Part shown: positions 58,798-64,000 of the stretch, piece after piece | Numbering within the stretch: position 1 is the stretch's first letter | Layout of the letters: every line of letters begins with the position of its first letter | Assembly: GCA_038883775.1 (NCBI GenBank) | Contig: JAVZLM010000007.1 | Coordinates: 64,001 to 128,000, forward strand | Origin: Candidatus Bathyarchaeia archaeon | GTDB taxonomy: Archaea; Thermoproteota; Bathyarchaeia; Bathyarchaeales; Bathycorpusculaceae | Length of the DNA: 64,000 nt | Reading direction: 5' to 3' | Translations under genes and position numbers: made by a program | The notes under the pieces: generated by a model | Told to the model about the DNA's origin: nothing | What the model saw: only the letters and a program-made list of their open reading frames with translations | Database searches by the model: none

Positions 58798-59901
58798 ATG
58801 ATTTCAATTAATGCCCCACAAATTGGAAAAGAGGAAATCGATGCTGCTATCAAAGTTTTAAAAAGTGGGATTTTAACCCACGGACTTGGCGCTGGTCCGA
58901 TGGTGAAACAGTTTGAAAAGGCTTACGCAAAGTTTGTAAGAGCAAAGGAAGCGGTAGCCGTAAACTCTGGAACCGCAGCTCTACATTTGGCACTGATGGC
59001 GGCGGGTATAAAACCAAGCGATGAGGTTATTCTCCCAAGCTTCACTTTCGTAGCCACAGCCGAAACCATAGTCACGGTTGGAGCCAAACCAGTCTTTACG
59101 GACATAAACCCGGAAACATACAATATCTCTCCAGAAAAAATTGAAGAAGCCATAACAAAAAAGACTAAGGCTATAGTACCCGTGGACCTTTATGGTTTAT
59201 CGGCAGATATGAAACCCATAAAAGAAATTGCCGAAAAATATGGATTAAAAATAATTGAGGACGCTGCCCAAGCCCATGGCGCACATTACATGGGACAAAA
59301 CCCTGGAACTTATGCTGATGTCGCATGTTGGAGCTTTTACGCAAGCAAGAACATGACAACTGGCGAGGGGGGAATGATAACAACCAACGATGAGAAAATA
59401 GCAGAAAAAATTCGCCTTATGAGAAGTCACGGTGAAATGGAGAAGTATACATCCATAATGTTGGGATATAACTATCGCATGCCAGAAATTGAAGCAGCTA
59501 TAGGCTATGTTCAGCTTGAAAAATTACCAAGATTTTTGGCGAAAAGAAGGGAAAACGTTGAAAGACTTGCAAGTAAACTGAAAAGCGCAAAAGAGTTAGC
59601 ATTGCCGAAAGAACCGTTGGGGTATAAGCATAGTTGGTATCTCTTTACGGTCAGATTGAAAAAAGCAAGAAGGGAAGAAAGGGATAAAATTGTTGAAGAA
59701 CTAAAAAAGAAGGGAATAGGCGCAGAAGTTTACTATCCAAATCCAATACACTTAATGCCATTCTACAAAAAATTTGGAAAACGCAAACTTCCAGAAACAG
59801 AAAAAGCTGCAGAACAAGTTTTCTCCTTACCAGTCCATCCAGGCGTCACGGCGGAGCAAATAGAGTTTATAGGCGAAACAGTTTTACATTTAATAGGATA
59901 G
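58798..59901 (+). CDS. DegT/DnrJ/EryC1/StrS aminotransferase
   Basis: NSGTAALH, EDAAQAHGA, SFYASKNMTTGEGG, GYNYRM. Confidence 0.93.
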   Translation: MISINAPQIGKEEIDAAIKVLKSGILTHGLGAGPMVKQFEKAYAKFVRAKEAVAVNSGTAALHLALMAAGIKPSDEVILPSFTFVATAETIVTVGAKPVFTDINPETYNISPEKIEEAITKKTKAIVPVDLYGLSADMKPIKEIAEKYGLKIIEDAAQAHGAHYMGQNPGTYADVACWSFYASKNMTTGEGGMITTNDEKIAEKIRLMRSHGEMEKYTSIMLGYNYRMPEIEAAIGYVQLEKLPRFLAKRRENVERLASKLKSAKELALPKEPLGYKHSWYLFTVRLKKARREERDKIVEELKKKGIGAEVYYPNPIHLMPFYKKFGKRKLPETEKAAEQVFSLPVHPGVTAEQIEFIGETVLHLIG

Positions 59902-59942
59902 GTTTTACATGTTAAGGTTTATATGGAATGATTTAGGTAGTA

Positions 59943-59966
59943 TAGAACCCTCTTGTTAGGGTTCTA
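59943..59966. promoter_or_regulatory. Perfect 9-bp inverted repeat upstream of the arcE-like gene
   Basis: TAGAACCCT-cttgtt-AGGGTTCTA, between a TTTATA box (about 59918) and the start codon. Confidence 0.55.
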
Positions 59967-59982
59967 ATGGGTGATTAGTGCC

Positions 59983-61314
59983 ATGAAAAAAGTTAAAGTT
60001 ATAATAATGGGAGCGGCGGGTAGAGACTTCCATAATTTTAATGTCTACTTCCGAAACAACGACGCTTACGAAGTTGTTGCCTTCACAGCCACGCAGATTC
60101 CAGGAATAGAGGGCAGAACATATCCCTCGGAGCTTGCCGGCCCACACTATCCTAAAGGAATACCAATTTATCCAGAAGAAAAACTGCCTGAATTAATAAA
60201 GGATTATGATGTTGACGAAGTGGTTTTTGCGTACAGCGATGTTTCCCATGAATACGTCATGCACAAAGCTTCTATAGCATTGTCAAGCGGAGCAGATTTC
60301 CGGTTAATGGGACCAAAGACAACAATGTTGAAGGCAAAAATTCCAGTGGTTTCTGTGGGTGCTGTCAGAACTGGTTCTGGAAAAAGTCAAACATCAAGAC
60401 AAGTTGCAAAAATCTTAAAAAACAAGGGCTTAAGGGTTGTCGCCATCAGACACCCAATGCCCTACGGAGACTTAACAAAGCAGATTTGCCAAAGATTTGC
60501 TTCCTACGAAGACTTGGACAAACATCAGTGCACCATCGAAGAAAGAGAGGAATATGAACCCCACATTGACAATGGCATAATTGTTTACGCGGGCGTTGAC
60601 TACGAAAAGATTCTACATGAAGCTGAAAAGGAAGCGGACATCATCGTTTGGGATGGAGGCAACAATGACCTACCATTCTATAAACCAGACTTACACATAG
60701 TCGTTGCAGATCCCCATAGGGCAGGACACGAACTAACCTATCATCCCGGAGAGGCTAATTTGCGAATGGCAAACGTCGTAATAATAAATAAGGTGGACAC
60801 AGCACAACCAGAAAACGTGAAAAAAGTCAAAGAAAACATAAAAAATGTTAATTCTACCGCTCTAATATTGGAGGCAGCCTCGCCATTAACAGCCGACAAT
60901 CCCGAACTAATCAAGGGAAAACGTGCCCTAGTAATTGAGGATGGCCCAACACTAACGCATGGAAACATGCCTTATGGAGCCGCAACAATAATGGCGCAAA
61001 AGTCCGGAGCAAGCGAAATTGTTGACCCTAGACCTTATGCGGTGGGTTCAATAAAGAAAACTTATAGAACTTACACTCATTTAGGAAAAATCCTTCCAGC
61101 GCTGGGTTATGGAGAGAAACAAATAGCTGAACTTAAAGAAACTATTGACAGAACACCTTGCGATGTCGTGGTTATAGGAACACCAATAGACCTAAGAAGA
61201 GTCGTGACGTTAAGCAAGCCCACAGTAAGAGTCAAATATGAACTCCAAGTTTTAGGCTCTGTAACTCTTGAGCAAATATTGGAAGAATTCCTCAAAAAAG
61301 GTGGAAAATGGTGA
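59983..61314 (+). CDS. arcE: Arginine synthetase (ArcE)-like / cDPG-synthetase-family P-loop protein (COG2403)
   Basis: GAAGRDFHNFN, AFTATQIP, VRTGSGKSQT, RHPMPYG, TIEEREEYEP, WDGGNND, EDGPTLTHG. Confidence 0.8.
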   Translation: MKKVKVIIMGAAGRDFHNFNVYFRNNDAYEVVAFTATQIPGIEGRTYPSELAGPHYPKGIPIYPEEKLPELIKDYDVDEVVFAYSDVSHEYVMHKASIALSSGADFRLMGPKTTMLKAKIPVVSVGAVRTGSGKSQTSRQVAKILKNKGLRVVAIRHPMPYGDLTKQICQRFASYEDLDKHQCTIEEREEYEPHIDNGIIVYAGVDYEKILHEAEKEADIIVWDGGNNDLPFYKPDLHIVVADPHRAGHELTYHPGEANLRMANVVIINKVDTAQPENVKKVKENIKNVNSTALILEAASPLTADNPELIKGKRALVIEDGPTLTHGNMPYGAATIMAQKSGASEIVDPRPYAVGSIKKTYRTYTHLGKILPALGYGEKQIAELKETIDRTPCDVVVIGTPIDLRRVVTLSKPTVRVKYELQVLGSVTLEQILEEFLKKGGKW

Positions 61315-61694
61315 GCAGCGAAGAGCAAGAAATTTCACGTGTAAAAATAAAGTTCATAATTGAAGGATTAGGAGAAGCAGAAGGAGAGCTTGTACGCTTT
61401 TTAGCGCCAAGAACCATAGACATGCTTGTTAGAAAGCTCCCAATAGAGGGCAGAACAGCCCTATGGAAAGAAGAAGTCTACTTTGAAACACCAATAAAAA
61501 TGGGAGAAGAAAAAGCAAAAAGCACCGTAGAAAAGGGAACAATAGCCTTTTGGCCAATGGGAAGCGCCCTCTGCATATTTTACGGAGAATCACAGCCCTA
61601 TAGTCCAGTTAATGTTTTGGGAAAAATCACTAAAAATCTTGAATTATTTAAGCAAGTGAAGAGCGGAACAAAAATCAGAGTAGAATCTGCTTAA
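61308..61694 (+). CDS. Cyclophilin-like fold protein (TM1367-like)
   Basis: APRT, WKEEVYF, IAFWPMGSALCIFYG, SPVNVLG. Confidence 0.85.
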   Translation: MVSSEEQEISRVKIKFIIEGLGEAEGELVRFLAPRTIDMLVRKLPIEGRTALWKEEVYFETPIKMGEEKAKSTVEKGTIAFWPMGSALCIFYGESQPYSPVNVLGKITKNLELFKQVKSGTKIRVESA

Positions 61695-62176
61695 TAAACT
61701 AGGAAACTTTCACTCCAAATTTTTAGAAGCTTCTCACATTCATTCCTAACATCTTTCTTTCGACTTTTCTCTCTCAATCTTTTAAGAAATTTTATGCGCA
61801 CCTCAACTGAACGTTTCTCAGCCATGCCACCATAGTAAAGTTTGCCTTCCAAATACTCTTGCATGTGGTGTGCCTTTTGCACAAATAAACTTGCAGCGTC
61901 AACAGGATTTTCTACAGCATATTTATTCGCCCATATAGAGGCTTCTGATTCCCGAAGTTGTGTTAAACCACTAATTTCAACAATACAGCGAATATACGTT
62001 CTTAAAAAGTCGTAGTAACCAGCTGTTTTAATAAGTTTAAGGGCTTGGCGCACTTTTTCCTTAAAAACGGCATCTCCCTTAATTTTTAAACGATGCTTAT
62101 AGCCCTTATCGACAAATTCTTTTGCCTTCTTAACCTCTTCATGAGTGTATATTCTTTCTGGAAAAGTTTCCATCAA
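61691..62176 (-). CDS. Hypothetical protein
   Basis: 161-aa ORF downstream of rps25e. Confidence 0.7.
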   Translation of the reverse strand: MMETFPERIYTHEEVKKAKEFVDKGYKHRLKIKGDAVFKEKVRQALKLIKTAGYYDFLRTYIRCIVEISGLTQLRESEASIWANKYAVENPVDAASLFVQKAHHMQEYLEGKLYYGGMAEKRSVEVRIKFLKRLREKSRKKDVRNECEKLLKIWSESFLVY

Positions 62177-62234
62177 ATCCCAAACTCCAATCAGATAATG
62201 ACGAATTAAAGTAGAAAAGAAATAAACAAAAAGT

Positions 62235-62561
62235 TCAGCTTATTGGTTTGTATATTTTGATGTTATGACTACCAGAGACAAGTTGAATTATTCCTTCATC
62301 CTCCAACTGTTCTAATAGGTCCTTTGCAGCGCTTATTCGCAAATTGAAGCGGGAAGCAACAGCATAAGGCGTTAAGACATTCATTTTCTTCAATTCGCCA
62401 ACAATCTTTTCGCTTCTCGGATCTGGAGGAACTATTCCAGAAGGCTTCTTTTCTTTGGACGCAGCTTCTTTTTCCTTTTTCTTTTTCTCTTCAGCATCCT
62501 TCCTAAGCTGCATTCGCTCCATTTGTTTTAAGCTAAGCTTCTTCTTACCACCCATACCCAT
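62235..62561 (-). CDS. rps25e: 30S ribosomal protein S25e
   Basis: MGGKKK..., LTPYAVASRFNLRISAAKDLL wHTH. Confidence 0.9.
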   Translation of the reverse strand: MGMGGKKKLSLKQMERMQLRKDAEEKKKKEKEAASKEKKPSGIVPPDPRSEKIVGELKKMNVLTPYAVASRFNLRISAAKDLLEQLEDEGIIQLVSGSHNIKIYKPIS

Positions 62562-62610
62562 CAGCCTCATTAACTGAAAGCATCTTCGCAGTTCTTTAGG
62601 TTTTCTACGC

Positions 62611-64000
62611 TTAGGCGTACTGGGTTATTTCAACCTTATGCTTATTTTGCCACTCTTTAATTGGCATTCCAAGTTTCTTCTCGATTTCTGGACGGTGAAT
62701 GGAATTCATTGTGCAGAAGGGGATTATGCGCCCATCTGGAATTGCGTAGTGGATTACGCAGCGTTGGACTCTTTCTAAGTCAAAGTTGTAGGGGTCCATG
62801 AAGTGCATTGCAGAAAGCAGTATGGATTTTCTTTGCAAATTCCCCAAAGCTACGTAACTTCCTTCCTTTAACACGCCCCAAACATGTTTTCTTAGAAAAC
62901 TAAATTTGATATGGCGTAAAGCTCCAACCAAGCGCAGTTTCGCCTTATTCTTGCTTCCTTTTGAAGCATCCTCGTAAACTTTCTGCATTGTTTTAATAAA
63001 GTTATCCACGTTTCCATAATGGGTTATAGGAACAATTTCGCCATTTTCAACAAATATGTATGTTGCCATACCACAGTGGGGATGCGCAGTGAACTCCACA
63101 TATCTTTTATCTTTTAATGCTCCAACAGCCTTGGAAACTGGCACAACTGTTGGCACTGGATAGAAATCCGACATTTTTATCTTACCATTTGTTTGCTCTT
63201 CCACCAACCGCATAAAGTCTGGAATTGTTATTCGCATTTTCTCCCTTTCTGTCTGGGGAAGCCTTCCACAGAGGGAAACGGGCTGAACATTTATACAACG
63301 CACCACATCGAAATTTTGAACCGCAAAACGTATGATGTCGCCAAGTTGACTATCGTTTACGCCCTTGATTAATGTGACAACTAACACTACGCTGTCAATT
63401 CCTGCCTTGCGACAATTTTCAATAGCCTTCGTTTTAATATCCAACAAGTCTATTCCGCGAATAAACCTGTAAACGTCAGATGTTAATCCGTCAAACTGCA
63501 AATAGACCGTGCTCATTCCAGCCTCTTTCAAGCCTCTGCAATAATCAACGCTTTGCGCAAGTCGAAGCCCATTCGTATTAACTTCCACATGGCGAAAACC
63601 AAGCTCCTTAGCCGTTCGAATAAGTTCGAAGAGGTCATTGCGAACGGTGGGTTCACCACCAGAAAACTGGAGAGCCGTAGCAGGAACAGGGTCATTTCTG
63701 CGCAGGTTTTCTAGCATCCCTCGAATTTCTTCTTTTGATGGTTCGTAAACGTATCCTGCAGCTGCAGCGTTAGCAAAACAAACTGGACATTTGAGGTTAC
63801 ATCGGTTTGTCACGTCGATTATCGCTAAGGCTGTGTGAGATTTGTGTTGAGGGCATATGCCACAGTCGTAGGGACAGTTGTGGACGGTTTTTGTTCTTGG
63901 ATTGTTTAAGCCTTCGCCGTCGTATCTGAACTTTTCAACACGCAGATATTGCTCGTAATCAGACCAGTAAACTTCCTGGAAAAAGCCGTGCTGTGAGCAT
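62611..64000 (-). CDS. tes: Radical SAM protein, tetraether lipid synthase (Tes/GDGT-MAS) family; 5' end lies outside the window
   Basis: Frame stays open to the window edge: CSQHG, CPYDCGICPQH, TNRCNLKCPVCFANA, YLQFDG, HPHCG, FMDPYNFD..R..RCVIHY, IIPFC. Confidence 0.85.
   Translation of the reverse strand, partial: CSQHGFFQEVYWSDYEQYLRVEKFRYDGEGLNNPRTKTVHNCPYDCGICPQHKSHTALAIIDVTNRCNLKCPVCFANAAAAGYVYEPSKEEIRGMLENLRRNDPVPATALQFSGGEPTVRNDLFELIRTAKELGFRHVEVNTNGLRLAQSVDYCRGLKEAGMSTVYLQFDGLTSDVYRFIRGIDLLDIKTKAIENCRKAGIDSVVLVVTLIKGVNDSQLGDIIRFAVQNFDVVRCINVQPVSLCGRLPQTEREKMRITIPDFMRLVEEQTNGKIKMSDFYPVPTVVPVSKAVGALKDKRYVEFTAHPHCGMATYIFVENGEIVPITHYGNVDNFIKTMQKVYEDASKGSKNKAKLRLVGALRHIKFSFLRKHVWGVLKEGSYVALGNLQRKSILLSAMHFMDPYNFDLERVQRCVIHYAIPDGRIIPFCTMNSIHRPEIEKKLGMPIKEWQNKHKVEITQYA

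Noticed and set aside
90-61328. Many short antisense or overlapping ORFs in the supplied track (e.g. 33054-33575, 50239-50724, 57580-58065)
   Set aside because: They are shadow frames of well-supported genes and carry no recognisable motifs.

Overview
Gene-dense archaeal chromosomal window of about 65 genes. The gene set (rps25e, rps26e, rpo6, arcadin-1-like, aCcr1/CdrS-like RHH, HdrABC, Tes-like radical SAM, thermosome, FEN-1) indicates a TACK archaeon, most likely Bathyarchaeia (inference). I found no rRNA, tRNA, CRISPR array or transposase. Main observation: the protein-L-isoaspartate O-methyltransferase gene (pcm, minus strand) is interrupted inside its conserved GQTISAPHM motif by a 28-nt insert (11704-11731). 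The insert folds into a bulge-helix-bulge (BHB) motif. Cutting at the canonical tRNA-splicing-endonuclease positions restores the frame and the S-A-P-H-M motif exactly, so this is a candidate tRNA-type intron in an archaeal mRNA other than cbf5. Other points: a trpY <-> trpB2 - ParB/SerK-like locus with two phased arrays of TRP-box-like hexamers; a ~48-bp dispersed intergenic repeat; a probable ACG start codon; a stand-alone RPC34-like Cys motif protein; an arginine synthetase (ArcE)-like gene with an upstream palindrome; and two pseudogenes. Product calls come from recognising motifs by eye, not from database searches.
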